From: a virus
Lineage: Duplodnaviria > Heunggongvirae > Uroviricota > Caudoviricetes
IMG/VR virus record: IMGVR_UViG_2537562195_000008
Strand: one strand, 5' to 3'
DNA: 37,183 nucleotides
Below the pieces are notes generated by a model that was not told where the DNA came from, searched no databases, and was given only the letters and a program-made list of their open reading frames with translations. Position 1 is the first letter of the stretch. Each line of letters begins with the position of its first letter. Below are positions 27,182 through 37,183 of this stretch, one piece after another. Both the position numbers and the translations under genes were made by a program.

Positions 27182-28354
27182 ATGGCTCAGGATTACCACC
27201 ACGGGGTGCGCGTTGTTGAAGTCAACGAAGGCACCCGATCCATTACCACGGTGAGCACCGCCATCGTGGGTATGGTCTGCACGGGCGATGATGCCGATGC
27301 AAAAATGTTTCCTCTTAATAAACCCGTGCTGATCACTGATGTGCTGACTGCCAGCGGTAAAGCGGGTGAGTCCGGTACTCTGGCCCGTTCGCTGGATGCC
27401 ATCGCTGACCAGGCAAAACCCGTGACCGTTGTTGTGCGTGTGCCGCAGGGTGAAACGGAAGACGAAACCACGACCAATATCATCGGCGCTGTGACTGCTG
27501 AAGGTAAAAAAACAGGCATGAAAGCCCTGCTATCTGCCCAGTCACAGCTCGGCGTTAAACCGCGCATTCTCGGCGTGCCAGGTCACGATAACAAAGCCGT
27601 TGCGACTGAGTTGCTGAGCGTGGCGCAAAGCCTGCGTGGGTTTGCTTACCTGTCAGCGTATGGCTGCAAGACAGTGCAGGAGGCGATCACTTACCGTGAA
27701 AACTTCAGCCAGCGCGAAGGGATGCTGATCTGGCCTGACTTTACTGGCTGGGACACGGTGCTGAATGCCGAAGCAACGGCATATGCCACCGCCCGTGCGC
27801 TCGGTCTGCGCGCCAAAATTGATGAGCAGACTGGATGGCACAAAAGCCTGTCCAACGTGGGCGTGAACGGTGTCACCGGAATTTCTGCTGATGTGTTCTG
27901 GGATCTGCAGGACCCGGCAACCGATGCAGGTCTGCTTAACCAGAACGACGTTACCACGCTTATCCGCAAAGACGGTTTCCGCTTCTGGGGTTCCCGCTGT
28001 CTGAGCGATGATCCGCTCTTTGCCTTCGAAAACTACACCCGAACCGCGCAGGTACTGATGGACACGATGGCAGAAGCGCACATGTGGGCAGTGGACAAAC
28101 CGCTGAATCCGTCGCTGGCCCGCGACATTATCGAAGGTATCCGCGCCAAAATGCGCAGCCTGGTCAGTCAGGGGTATCTCATTGGTGGTGATTGCTGGCT
28201 GGACGAGTCGGTGAATGACAAAGACACTCTGAAAGCCGGGAAACTCACTATCGACTACGACTACACGCCAGTGCCGCCACTTGAAAACCTGATGCTGCGT
28301 CAGCGCATCACCGATCAGTACCTGGTGAATTTCGCCAGCCAGGTCAGCGCGTAA
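27182..28354 (+). CDS. FI: Tail sheath protein FI
   Basis: 390 aa; canonical position; N-terminus [19 protein letters not shown]… typical of P2-like sheath. Confidence 0.85.
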   Translation: MAQDYHHGVRVVEVNEGTRSITTVSTAIVGMVCTGDDADAKMFPLNKPVLITDVLTASGKAGESGTLARSLDAIADQAKPVTVVVRVPQGETEDETTTNIIGAVTAEGKKTGMKALLSAQSQLGVKPRILGVPGHDNKAVATELLSVAQSLRGFAYLSAYGCKTVQEAITYRENFSQREGMLIWPDFTGWDTVLNAEATAYATARALGLRAKIDEQTGWHKSLSNVGVNGVTGISADVFWDLQDPATDAGLLNQNDVTTLIRKDGFRFWGSRCLSDDPLFAFENYTRTAQVLMDTMAEAHMWAVDKPLNPSLARDIIEGIRAKMRSLVSQGYLIGGDCWLDESVNDKDTLKAGKLTIDYDYTPVPPLENLMLRQRITDQYLVNFASQVSA

Positions 28355-28363
28355 GGGGACAAC

Positions 28364-28879
28364 ATGGCTTTACCACGCAAATTAAAACACCTGAACCTGT
28401 TTAACGACGGGAACAACTGGCAGGGGATCGTTGAGTCGCTGACGCTGCCGAAATTCACCCGCAAATATGAGAAGTATCGCGGCGGCGGAATGCCGGGGGC
28501 GGTGGATGTGGATCTGGGGCTTGATGACAGTGCTCTGGACACAGAATTTTCCATTGGTGGTACTGAACTGCTGCTGTTTAAGCAGATGGGCAAAGCCACT
28601 GTGGATGGCATCCAGCTGCGCTTTACTGGCTCTATCCAGCGTGACGATACCGGGGAAGTGCAGGCTGTGGAGCTTGTGGTGCGTGGACGTCACAAAGAAG
28701 TGGATTCCGGCGAGTGGAAGACGGGCGAAAGCAACACCACCAAAGTGACCAGTACCAACAGCTACGCGAAGCTGACCATCAATGGTGAGGTGCTCTATGA
28801 AGTGGACCTTATCAACATGGTGGAAATTGTGGACGGTGTGGACCTGATGGAAGCGCACCGCAACGCCCTCGGCCTCTAA
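28364..28879 (+). CDS. FII: Tail tube protein FII
   Basis: 171 aa immediately after the sheath gene. Confidence 0.85.
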   Translation: MALPRKLKHLNLFNDGNNWQGIVESLTLPKFTRKYEKYRGGGMPGAVDVDLGLDDSALDTEFSIGGTELLLFKQMGKATVDGIQLRFTGSIQRDDTGEVQAVELVVRGRHKEVDSGEWKTGESNTTKVTSTNSYAKLTINGEVLYEVDLINMVEIVDGVDLMEAHRNALGL

Positions 28880-28900
28880 TGTATCTGAACGGCGCGGGAT

Positions 28901-28918
28901 ACCGCGCCAGAACCCAAT
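28901..28918 (+). promoter_or_regulatory. Hairpin GGCGCGG-gata-CCGCGCC between tube and E genes (attenuator-like)
   Basis: 7-bp perfect GC stem in the 54-bp gap before gene E. Confidence 0.3.
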
Positions 28919-28933
28919 TTACAGGACAATAAA

Positions 28934-29236
28934 ATGAGCGATAAGCAGACTGAAAAGACCATTCAACTGGATACCCCCATCATGCGCGGTAAAACAGAAA
29001 TTACCGAAATTGTGCTGCGTAAACCGCAGTCCGGTGCGCTGCGCGGTACACGCCTGCAGGCCATTATGGATATGGATGTGAACGCGATGATGACCGTGAT
29101 CCCCCGCATCTCCAGTCCGACACTGACTGCACAGGAAATCGCAGAGATGGACCCGGCAGATCTCACAGCCATGTCGGTTGAGGTTGTCACTTTTTTGTTG
29201 AAGAAGTCGGTGCTTGCCGGTTTACCGACAGCCTGA
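28934..29236 (+). CDS. E: Tail assembly chaperone E
   Basis: 100 aa before the tape-measure gene; contains slippery heptamer T_TTT_TTG near its 3' end. Confidence 0.8.
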   Translation: MSDKQTEKTIQLDTPIMRGKTEITEIVLRKPQSGALRGTRLQAIMDMDVNAMMTVIPRISSPTLTAQEIAEMDPADLTAMSVEVVTFLLKKSVLAGLPTA

Positions 29237-29370
29237 CGGTTGACGATCTGGTGGCAGATATCGCCACCATTTTTCACTGGCCGCCATCCGTTACTGACGT
29301 TATGCCGCTGACCGAAGTGCTGGAATGGCGGTATAAAGCGATTCAGAGAAGCGGGGCCAACGATGAGTGA
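28934..29370 (+). CDS. E+E': Tail assembly chaperone E+E' (programmed -1 frameshift product)
   Basis: Slippery site at about 29191..29197; the -1 frame stays open to a TGA at about 29368..29370, overlapping the start of T, giving the extension VEEVGACRFTDSLTVDDLVADIATIFHWPPSVTDVMPLTEVLEWRYKAIQRSGANDE. Confidence 0.7.
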
Positions 29371-32300
29371 TAATAACCTGCGCCTGCAGGTCATTCTTAA
29401 TGCGGTTGACAAACTCACCCGCCCATTCCGTACTGCACAGGCCAGTTCGAAAGAGCTGGCTGGCGCAATCAGAAACTCCCGTGACGCATTAAAGCAACTC
29501 AATCAGGCGGGTAACAGCCTGGAAAAATTTCGCAAGCTGCAGGCCGATAACAAGAAGTTAGGCGACAGGCTGAACTATGCCAGACAGAAGGCTAATTTGC
29601 TTAGCTCTGAGCTGGAGTCGATGGAACAACCATCACAACGGCACCTTGTGGCTTTAGGTCGGCAAACGCTGGCAGTCCAACGTCTGGAAGAACAACAAAA
29701 ATATTTGCAGAAGCAAACGGCGCTTGTGCGTGCAGAACTGTACCGGGCGGGAATTTCTGCGAAAGATGATGCGGGAGCAACTGCCCGTTTAGCCCGTGAA
29801 ACATCACGTTATAACCAGGAACTGTCGAAACAGGAGGCGCGGCTGAAGCGACTGGGGGAAGCTCAGCGCAGGATGAATGCAGCGCGTGCCAGTTATGCCC
29901 GTTCGCTGGAGGTGCGCGATCGCATCGCAGGAGCCGGAGCCACCACCACGGCTGCAGGGCTGGCAATGGGGACGCCAGTGATGGCGGCAGTAAAAAGCTA
30001 TACCAGCATGGAAGATGCCATGAAAGGTGTGGCAAAGCAGGTCAATGGTCTGCGTGACGATAATGGCAACCGCACTGCACGTTTTTATGAAATGCAGGAT
30101 GCCATCAAAGCTGCCAGCGAACAGTTGCCGATGGAAAACGGTGCGGTGGACTTCGCTGCACTGGTTGAAGGTGGTGCGCGCATGAACGTCGCAAACCCTG
30201 ACGACAGCTGGGAAGACCAGAAACGTGACCTGCTGGCCTTCGCCAGTACGGCAGCAAAGGCGGCAACAGCCTTTGAGCTGCCAGCGGATGAACTGTCAGA
30301 AAGTCTGGGGAAAATCGCCCAGCTCTACAAAATTCCCACCCGCAATATTGAACAGCTCGGTGATGCGCTGAACTATCTGGATGATAACGCCATGTCGAAA
30401 GGGGCAGACATCATTGATGTGATGCAACGTCTGGGCGGTGTGGCTGACCGTCTGGATTATCGTAAAGCGGCGGCGCTGGGTTCCACCTTCCTGACACTGG
30501 GCGCTGCGCCGGAGGTTGCAGCCAGTGCAGCAAACGCGATGGTGCGTGAATTGTCCATTGCCACCATGCAAAGCAAGAGTTTCTTTGAAGGGATGAATCT
30601 GCTGAAACTCAATCCTGAAGTGATTGAAAAGCAGATGACGAAGGATGCGATGGGAACCATCCAGCGCGTGCTGGAGAAGGTGAACGCACTGCCGCAGGAC
30701 AAGCGTCTGTCTGCTATGACCATGTTGTTTGGTAAAGAGTTTGGCGATGACGCGGCGAAACTGGCAAACAACCTGCCGGAACTGCAGCGCCAGTTAAAGC
30801 TGACAGCGGGCAATGATGCGCTCGGTTCCATGCAGAAAGAATCCGACATCAACAAAGACTCACTTTCTGCTCAGTGGTTGCTGGTCAAAACCGGAGCGCA
30901 GAACACCTTCAGCAGCCTGGGCGAAACGCTGCGCCAGCCGCTGATGGATATTCTGTACACGGTGAAAAGCATCACGGGGGCGTTGCGCCGCTGGGTGGAA
31001 GCTAACCCGGAACTGACAGGCACACTGATGAAAGTAGCGGCTGTTGTGGCTGCGGTTACCGTAGGCCTCGGCACCTTAGCGGTGGCGCTGGCTGCAGTTC
31101 TGGGGCCGCTGGCAGTGATCCGTCTGGGATTCTCTGTGCTGGGTATCAAAACGTTACCTTCCGTTACGGCAGCAGTAACTCGAACCAGCAGCGTGTTGTC
31201 CTGGCTGGCTGGCGCACCACTGGCACTGCTGCGACGCGGGCTTGCTTCATCGGGCAACGCCGCAGGTTTACTTACTGCGCCGTTGTCGTCTTTGCGCCGC
31301 ACGGCATCACTGACGGGAAATGTCCTGAAAACTGTAGCAGGTGCGCCGGTTGCACTTTTGCGGTCTGGATTATCCGGTTTACGTGCTGTTGCTGTGATGT
31401 TTATGAATCCACTGGCGGTACTGCGCGGTGGACTGGCTGCCGCAGGTGCGGTGCTGCGTATGCTGGCATCTGGTCCGCTGGCGATGCTGCGCGTTGCCCT
31501 GTATGCCATCTCTGGTTTGTTAGGTGCACTGTTTAATCCGATAGGTCTTGTGGTTACTGCACTGGCGGGCGTGGCGCTGGTTGTCTGGAAATACTGGCAA
31601 CCCATCACCGCATTTCTTGGTGGCGTGGTGGAAGGATTCAAAGCGGCGGCAGGTCCCATCAGTGCTGCATTCGAACCACTTAAGCCTGTATTTCAGTGGA
31701 TTGGCGACAAAGTGCAGGCGTTGTGGGGCTGGTTTACTGATCTGCTGACGCCCGTTAAGTCGACCTCTGCCGAACTGCAGAGCGCAGCGGCAATGGGGCG
31801 ACGATTCGGGGAGGCACTGGCGGAAGGGCTGAATATGGTTATGCATCCGCTGGACTCCCTCAAATCCGGCGTATCCTGGTTGCTGGAAAAACTCGGCATT
31901 GTCAGTAAAGAGGCCGCAAAGGCAAAACTGCCGGAAAGCGTGACGCGTCAGCAACCTGCGACGGTGAATGCAGACGGTAAAGTGATGATGACATCGGGTG
32001 GTTTTCCGTCATGGGGATATGGCTTTGCGGGGATGTATGACAGCGGGGGGTATATCCCGCGCGGGCAGTTCGGCATTGTCGGTGAAAACGGGCCTGAAAT
32101 TGTCAACGGCCCGGCAAAGGTGACCAGCCGGAGAAATACAGCTGCACTGGCTGCCGTTGTTGCCGGAATGATGGGTGTTGCTGCCGCGCCAGCAGAGCTT
32201 CCACCGTTGCATCCTTTGGCACTTCCCACGAAAGGCGGTGAAGCAATGGTGAGTCGTGCAGCCACTGTGCCGCCCGCTCAACGGATTGAGGCACCGACGC

Positions 32301-32440
32301 AGATCATCATTCAGACGCAGCCAGGACAAAGTGCGCAGGATATTGCGCGGGAGGTGGCCCGCCAGCTTGATGAACGTGAACGCAGGCTGAAGGCAAAAGC
32401 CAGGAGTAACTACAGCGATCAGGGGGGATACGACGCATGA
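29363..32440 (+). CDS. T: Tail tape measure protein T
   Basis: 1025 aa, long helical N-terminal half, Ala/Gly/Leu-rich membrane-like central region; canonical position. Confidence 0.9.
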   Translation: MSDNNLRLQVILNAVDKLTRPFRTAQASSKELAGAIRNSRDALKQLNQAGNSLEKFRKLQADNKKLGDRLNYARQKANLLSSELESMEQPSQRHLVALGRQTLAVQRLEEQQKYLQKQTALVRAELYRAGISAKDDAGATARLARETSRYNQELSKQEARLKRLGEAQRRMNAARASYARSLEVRDRIAGAGATTTAAGLAMGTPVMAAVKSYTSMEDAMKGVAKQVNGLRDDNGNRTARFYEMQDAIKAASEQLPMENGAVDFAALVEGGARMNVANPDDSWEDQKRDLLAFASTAAKAATAFELPADELSESLGKIAQLYKIPTRNIEQLGDALNYLDDNAMSKGADIIDVMQRLGGVADRLDYRKAAALGSTFLTLGAAPEVAASAANAMVRELSIATMQSKSFFEGMNLLKLNPEVIEKQMTKDAMGTIQRVLEKVNALPQDKRLSAMTMLFGKEFGDDAAKLANNLPELQRQLKLTAGNDALGSMQKESDINKDSLSAQWLLVKTGAQNTFSSLGETLRQPLMDILYTVKSITGALRRWVEANPELTGTLMKVAAVVAAVTVGLGTLAVALAAVLGPLAVIRLGFSVLGIKTLPSVTAAVTRTSSVLSWLAGAPLALLRRGLASSGNAAGLLTAPLSSLRRTASLTGNVLKTVAGAPVALLRSGLSGLRAVAVMFMNPLAVLRGGLAAAGAVLRMLASGPLAMLRVALYAISGLLGALFNPIGLVVTALAGVALVVWKYWQPITAFLGGVVEGFKAAAGPISAAFEPLKPVFQWIGDKVQALWGWFTDLLTPVKSTSAELQSAAAMGRRFGEALAEGLNMVMHPLDSLKSGVSWLLEKLGIVSKEAAKAKLPESVTRQQPATVNADGKVMMTSGGFPSWGYGFAGMYDSGGYIPRGQFGIVGENGPEIVNGPAKVTSRRNTAALAAVVAGMMGVAAAPAELPPLHPLALPTKGGEAMVSRAATVPPAQRIEAPTQIIIQTQPGQSAQDIAREVARQLDERERRLKAKARSNYSDQGGYDA

Positions 32441-32922
32441 TGATGGTGCTGGGATTGTACGTGTTTATGCTGCGCACCGTGCCGTATCAGGAACTGCAGT
32501 ATCAGCGCAGCTGGCGACATGCGGCTAACAGCCGGGTAAATCGTCGTCCGTCCACGCAGTTTCTGGGACCGGACAACGACATGCTGACGCTTTCCGGTGT
32601 TCTTATGCCGGAGATAACAGGCGGCAGGCTGTCGTTGCTGGCACTGGAGCAGATGGCAGAACAGGGGAAAGCATGGCCTCTGATTGAAGGCAGCGGCACG
32701 ATTTACGGCATGTATGTGATTGAGGGACTGAATCAGACTAAAACGGAGTTTTTCCGCGACGGTATGCCGCGCCGGATTGAGTTCACCCTGTCGCTCAAAC
32801 GGGTGGATGAATCCCTGTCCGATATGTTCGGTGATCTCAGTTCGCAGCTGAATAATCTGCAGGACACGGCAACATCTGCATTAAGCGATATCAGTAAAAC
32901 GGTGGGAGGGCTGCTGTCGTGA
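32437..32922 (+). CDS. U: Tail protein U
   Basis: 161 aa; ATGA overlap with T. Confidence 0.8.
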   Translation: MMMVLGLYVFMLRTVPYQELQYQRSWRHAANSRVNRRPSTQFLGPDNDMLTLSGVLMPEITGGRLSLLALEQMAEQGKAWPLIEGSGTIYGMYVIEGLNQTKTEFFRDGMPRRIEFTLSLKRVDESLSDMFGDLSSQLNNLQDTATSALSDISKTVGGLLS

Positions 32923-34019
32923 ATTTCAGCTCTGAACTGCTTAACAAAGGCAACAAAACTCCGGCATTCAGCATCAGTATTGAAGGCAGGGATATCACCA
33001 CTGTGCTGGACAACCGCCTGATGGGGCTTACGCTGACGGATAACCGGGGCTTTGAAGCAGACCAACTGGAGCTGGAGCTGGACGACGCCGACGGAAAAAT
33101 CGTGCTGCCGCGCCGTGGTGCGGTGATTACGCTGGCGCTGGGTTGGAAGGGGCAGCCGCTTTTCCCGAAAGGGGCATTCACGGTGGATGAAATTGAACAC
33201 ACTGGCGCACCGGACCGCCTGACTATCCGGGCGCGAAGTGCTGATTTTCGTGAAACGCTGAATACCCGCCGTGAAAAGTCGTGGCACAAGACCACCGTTG
33301 GGGAAGTGGTGAAGGAAATAGCTGCACGGCACAAACTGAAGATGGCACTGGGTAAAGACCTGTCTGATAAACCCGTAGAGCATATAGACCAGACTAATGA
33401 GAGTGACGGCAGTTTTCTGATGCGGCTGGCGCGACAGTACGGTGCTATTGCGTCGGTGAAAAATGGCAATCTGTTATTCATCCGGCAGGGACAGGGTAAA
33501 AGCGCCAGCGGTAAACCACTACCGATGATCACTATCACACGTAAGGACGGCGACAGTCACCGTTTTACCCTGGCGGATCGCGGAGCTTACACGGGTGTAA
33601 TTGCCAGCTGGTTGCATACCCGCGAACCCGCGAAGAAAGAAAGCACCACGGTGAAGCGTAAGCGCAGGACTAAGAAGCAGAAGAAAGAGCCGGAAGCGAA
33701 GCAGGGCGATTACCTGGTGGGTACGGATGAAAACGTGCTGGTACTTAATCGCACTTATGCCAACCGGAGCAACGCCGAACGAGCGGCGAAAATGCAGTGG
33801 GAACGCCTGCAACGCGGAGTTGCGTCATTCTCGCTACAACTGGCGGAAGGGCGGGCAGATCTCTACACGGAAATGCCAGTGAAAGTCAGTGGCTTTAAAC
33901 AGCCGATAGATGATGCGGAATGGACCATTACGACTCTGACGCATACCGTCAGCCCGGATAACGGTTTTACGACCAGTCTGGAGCTTGAAGTGAGGATTGA
34001 TGATTTCGAAATGGAATGA
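32919..34019 (+). CDS. D: Tail protein D (late control gene D family)
   Basis: 366 aa; GTG start overlapping U stop; canonical terminal position of the tail operon. Confidence 0.85.
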   Translation: MNFSSELLNKGNKTPAFSISIEGRDITTVLDNRLMGLTLTDNRGFEADQLELELDDADGKIVLPRRGAVITLALGWKGQPLFPKGAFTVDEIEHTGAPDRLTIRARSADFRETLNTRREKSWHKTTVGEVVKEIAARHKLKMALGKDLSDKPVEHIDQTNESDGSFLMRLARQYGAIASVKNGNLLFIRQGQGKSASGKPLPMITITRKDGDSHRFTLADRGAYTGVIASWLHTREPAKKESTTVKRKRRTKKQKKEPEAKQGDYLVGTDENVLVLNRTYANRSNAERAAKMQWERLQRGVASFSLQLAEGRADLYTEMPVKVSGFKQPIDDAEWTITTLTHTVSPDNGFTTSLELEVRIDDFEME

Positions 34020-34109
34020 TTCTTCGCAATGGAGAACTTTTAAGTTTTCAAAATGGAATAATGCGGTATCATTATTGTGAATTTAGCAAAAATGGGGAGA
34101 ACTCGAAAA

Positions 34110-34328
34110 ATGATGATTTGCCCACTGTGTGGAAGTGCCGCCCATACTCGCAGCAGTTTTCAGGTATCTTCATTGACCAAAGAGCGTTACAACCAGTGCC
34201 AGAACATTAACTGCAGCCATACTTTTGTTACCCATGAAACTTTTGTTCGTTCGATTGCAACGCCAAAAGAGTCAAATCCGGTTCAGCCGCATCCAATGAA
34301 ATCAGGACAGGTGGCGCTCTCTCTTTGA
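34110..34328 (+). CDS. ogr: Ogr/Delta-family zinc-finger late-gene transcription activator
   Basis: Internal ATG; CPLCGSAAHTR…KERYNQCQNINCSHTF…PHP…SGQ matches the Ogr C2C2 pattern as recalled. Confidence 0.85.
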   Translation: MMICPLCGSAAHTRSSFQVSSLTKERYNQCQNINCSHTFVTHETFVRSIATPKESNPVQPHPMKSGQVALSL

Positions 34329-34350
34329 CGCTGCCGCCAATTTGTCGCCA
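34329..34350. repeat. attR: Putative attR core: CGCTGCCGCCAATTTGTCGCCA, direct repeat of 19..40
   Basis: 21/22 identity with the left-end copy; begins immediately after the ogr stop, ahead of host gene ybjL. Confidence 0.6.
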
Positions 34351-34404
34351 TCATTAAAAAACAGTGCTTCTAACATCATGATTTTAAAAGGCATAAATTT
34401 CAGG

Positions 34405-34451
34405 CAACAAAAAACCCATCAACCTTGAACCGAAATGGCGGGGTTGATGGG
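34405..34451 (-). terminator. Rho-independent terminator of ybjL (minus strand)
   Basis: 10-bp inverted repeat CCCATCAACC / GGTTGATGGG followed, on the minus strand, by a T-run (plus strand AACAAAAAA). Confidence 0.55.
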
Positions 34452-34563
34452 CTCCACAAAATGGGGACATCAAAGAAAAGCAGTGGCACTAATTAAGACT
34501 GATGCCCTGCGGAAAAGTTCTGCGGTTGTGCAAAAAAATTTCATTTTCAGGGCAACTTCAGTT

Positions 34564-36249
34564 TTATCCTAATCCTGGCCATACCATGACGATGATTGTC
34601 CCTGCCAGCGTCAGCAGGACGTTGGCGATTGCGTAGGTGCCCGCATAGCCCAGCGCAGGGATGTTACTGCGAGCTGTATCACTGATGATCTCCATTGCCG
34701 GCGCGCAGGTGCGTGCGCCCATCATTGCGCCGAACAACAGTGCGCGGTTCATTCGCAATACATAAGCACCGAACAAGAAACAGATAACCACGGGCACAAG
34801 ACTGACAATTAATCCGGCAATCAACATCTGACCGCCAATCGCGCCCAGGCCGTTATTAATACCGCTACCGGCGCTCAGACCAACGCCTGCCATAAACACC
34901 ATCAAGCCGAACTCTTTCACCATGCTTAATGCACCTTGCGGAATGTAACCGAAGGTCGGGTGGTTAGCACGCATAAAGCCCAGCATAATTCCGGCGAATA
35001 ACAACCCGGCAGCGTTCCCCATGCCGAAACTGAATGTGCTGAACTGGAAGGTGATCATCCCGATCATCAGCCCAATAACAAAGAAGGCGCAAAATGCCAG
35101 CAGGTCAGTGACCTGGCTGTGAATCGAGATAAAGCCGATGCGATCGGCGATGGTTTTTACGCGACGGGCATCACCGCTGACTTGTAAAACGTCACCTTTG
35201 TTAAGCACGACGTTGTCATCTATCGGCATCTCAATCTGGCTACGAATGACGCGGTTAAGGAAGCAACCGTGATCGGTCAACTTCAGTTGTGCGAGACGTT
35301 TACCTACAGCGTTATGGTTTTTAACGACCACTTCTTCAGTGACGATACGCATGTCGAGAAGGTCACGATCGAAAACTTCTTTACCGTTACGGAAGCTGGG
35401 ATCGAGTCGGGCATGGGCGTCGGGATAGCCTACCAACGCTATTTCATCGCCCATTTGTAGCACGGCATCACCGTCTGGATTTGCCAGAATCCCGTTACGT
35501 CGAATACGTTCAATGTAGCAGCCGGTTTGTCGATAAATACCCAGTTCACGCAGATTTTTGCCGTCGGTCCAGGCCACCAGCTCCGGGCCGACGCGATAGG
35601 CGCGGATCACCGGTAAATAAACCTTACGGTTGGCATCAGTGTCCAGGCCACGTTCGCGGGCGATTTGCTGGGCGCTGGTCTGTAAGTCCTGATGCTGCAA
35701 TTTCGGCAAGTAACGCGCACCAACAATCAAACTCACCAGACCGATTAAATAGGTTAAGGCATACCCGAGGCTCAGATTATCCAGTGCCAGTGAGAGCTGC
35801 CTGCTTTCCATGCCGAAATGACGCAGTGTATCGCCAGCACCGACCAGAACCGGTGTCGACGTCATAGAGCCTGCTAACATACCGGCCGTCAGGCCAATAT
35901 CCCAGCCAAACAGCTTACCTAACCCTAAGGCGATCACCAGCGCACTGCCAACCATCACCAGTGCTAACATTAGGTAATTTTTCCCATCGCGAAAAAAAAT
36001 GGAAAAAAAGTTCGGTCCGGCTTCGACCCCGACGCAGAAAATAAACAGCATAAAGCCAAGATTAAGCGCATCGGTGTTAATGCTGAAATGTTGTTGGCCT
36101 AATAACAGCGATACGACTAAAACGCCAATGGAATTACCCAGTTGGATCGAACCAAGTCGTAACTTTCCGAGACATAGCCCAAGCGCGAGGACCACAAATA
36201 ATAACAGAATGTAATTCCCATTTAACAATTCGGCGACGTTTATATTCAC
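34564..36249 (-). CDS. ybjL: Putative transport protein YbjL (AspT/YidE/YbjL family, two TrkA-C domains)
   Basis: 561 aa; N-terminus [42 protein letters not shown]… matches E. coli YbjL as recalled. Confidence 0.9.
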   Translation of the reverse strand: MNINVAELLNGNYILLLFVVLALGLCLGKLRLGSIQLGNSIGVLVVSLLLGQQHFSINTDALNLGFMLFIFCVGVEAGPNFFSIFFRDGKNYLMLALVMVGSALVIALGLGKLFGWDIGLTAGMLAGSMTSTPVLVGAGDTLRHFGMESRQLSLALDNLSLGYALTYLIGLVSLIVGARYLPKLQHQDLQTSAQQIARERGLDTDANRKVYLPVIRAYRVGPELVAWTDGKNLRELGIYRQTGCYIERIRRNGILANPDGDAVLQMGDEIALVGYPDAHARLDPSFRNGKEVFDRDLLDMRIVTEEVVVKNHNAVGKRLAQLKLTDHGCFLNRVIRSQIEMPIDDNVVLNKGDVLQVSGDARRVKTIADRIGFISIHSQVTDLLAFCAFFVIGLMIGMITFQFSTFSFGMGNAAGLLFAGIMLGFMRANHPTFGYIPQGALSMVKEFGLMVFMAGVGLSAGSGINNGLGAIGGQMLIAGLIVSLVPVVICFLFGAYVLRMNRALLFGAMMGARTCAPAMEIISDTARSNIPALGYAGTYAIANVLLTLAGTIIVMVWPGLG

Positions 36250-36518
36250 GGAGGCTAACTTCTTGTTTACTAGTAAGCTGTTGAAAGAAATGGTAATTTA
36301 CGATAATGTTTTTTACCAGAATTCAGGGCGCAGATTCATTCAGCGCACCTAAACGATAGTAAAGTAACAATATATTTTACTAGTGTAATCACATTAGGTA
36401 TCAACGGCTATATGAATTGCGTTGGCCTATATTAGCATGGAATGCGAAGCGGCTTTATCTTACTGAACGCCACACTGGCGAAAAATGTGTTCGATAGACG
36501 CAGTGTCAGGAGGAACGA

Positions 36519-36896
36519 GTGAAACATAAACAACGTTGGGCGGGGGCAATCTGCTGTTTTGTCCTCTTCATTGTGGTGTGCCTTTTTCTGGCGACGCACA
36601 TGAAAGGCGCTTTTCGGGCTGCCGGGCATCCTGAAATCGGCTTGCTATTTTTCATTCTTCCTGGAGCAGTTGCCAGTTTCTTTTCACAGCGTAGAGAAGT
36701 CCTGAAACCTCTATTTGGCGCAATGCTGGCGGCACCCTGTTCAATGCTCATTATGCGGCTGTTTTTTTCACCGACGCGCTCATTCTGGCAAGAGCTGGCA
36801 TGGTTACTAAGCGCGGTGTTCTGGTGTGCGCTGGGGGCACTGTGTTTCTTATTTATCAGTAGTTTGTTTAAACCACAGCACAGAAAAAATCAGTAA
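36519..36896 (+). CDS. ybjM: Inner membrane protein YbjM
   Basis: 125 aa, several TM helices; E. coli ybjL-ybjM-grxA gene order. Confidence 0.85.
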   Translation: MKHKQRWAGAICCFVLFIVVCLFLATHMKGAFRAAGHPEIGLLFFILPGAVASFFSQRREVLKPLFGAMLAAPCSMLIMRLFFSPTRSFWQELAWLLSAVFWCALGALCFLFISSLFKPQHRKNQ

Positions 36897-36916
36897 AGCC
36901 CTCAACGCGAGGGCTT
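36896..36916. terminator. Hairpin AAGCCCTC-aacgc-GAGGGCTT between convergent ybjM and grxA
   Basis: 8-bp perfect stem in the 29-bp gap between convergent genes. Confidence 0.5.
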
Positions 36917-36925
36917 GTCAGACGA

Positions 36926-37183
36926 TCAGGCGTCCAGATTTTCTTTCACCCATGCAGCAAAATCGGTATAGCCGCCGATATGTTGCTGATCGACAAAAAT
37001 CTGCGGCACGGTTTCTACGGGTTTACCTGCCTTTTGTTGTAGATCTTCTTTAGTGATCCCTTCCGCACGAATATCTACATACTGATACTGAAAATCATCG
37101 CGTTCATTGCTCAATTTCTCAGCCAGATCTTTTGCACGCACACAGTAAGGGCAACCCGAACGACCAAAAATAACGGTTTGCAT
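36926..37183 (-). CDS. grxA: Glutaredoxin 1
   Basis: 85 aa; active site CPYC (MQTVIFGRSGCPYCVRAK…); ends exactly at window edge. Confidence 0.9.
   Translation of the reverse strand: MQTVIFGRSGCPYCVRAKDLAEKLSNERDDFQYQYVDIRAEGITKEDLQQKAGKPVETVPQIFVDQQHIGGYTDFAAWVKENLDA

Noticed and set aside
30871-31659. 262-aa ORF on the minus strand inside the tape-measure gene, and similar long antisense ORFs inside A (7330..8070) and D (32733..33383, 32891..33538)
   Set aside because: They lie entirely within well-supported GC-rich genes on the opposite strand and have low-complexity Ala/Ser/Pro/Arg-rich composition typical of antisense frames; no start or RBS context
34016-34210. 64-aa ORF overlapping the D end and ogr start
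   Set aside because: Overlaps the well-supported ogr zinc-finger gene in another frame; no motif; most likely spurious
34329-34563. Possible tRNA or other small RNA gene at the integration site
   Set aside because: No cloverleaf-compatible structure recognised by eye; the hairpin present is better explained as the ybjL terminator. Not excluded, since no tRNA scan could be run
1-37183. CRISPR arrays, IS elements or transposase genes
   Set aside because: No regularly spaced direct repeats, no terminal inverted repeats flanking a transposase-like ORF, and no transposase-like protein seen in the ORF track

Overview
Almost the whole window (1 to about 34350) is a P2/186-family temperate myovirus prophage of an enterobacterium, followed by host genes ybjL, ybjM and grxA. 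The 186-like assignment rests on a 186-type CI/Apl/CII/Fil switch, a LexA-boxed Tum/DinI-like SOS module and a P2-type late gene order (Q P | O N M L X, lysis, R S, V W J I H G, FI FII E/E' T U D, ogr). Prophage ends are marked by a 22-bp imperfect direct repeat (19..40 inside the int 3' end; 34329..34350 right after ogr), and a cos-like site sits at 9385..9403. Three visibly AT-rich cargo insertions interrupt the GC-rich backbone. (1) A six-gene island between cos and the portal gene (about 9440..12766), at the position where P2 carries tin/old: GNAT-like protein, unknown protein, two ASCH/PUA-like proteins (one broken at an A7 tract), a P-loop kinase-like protein and a 2-TM membrane protein. 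This is my best candidate for an undescribed system, possibly anti-phage. (2) A single large membrane-anchored coiled-coil DUF4041/T5orf172 (GIY-YIG-like) protein between int and cI. (3) A single HExxH metallopeptidase-like gene between tail genes S and V. All calls come from reading the sequence and the supplied ORF translations; no searches were run, and my own base counting disagreed with the ORF track by one base in places, so motif coordinates may be off by 1-2 nt.
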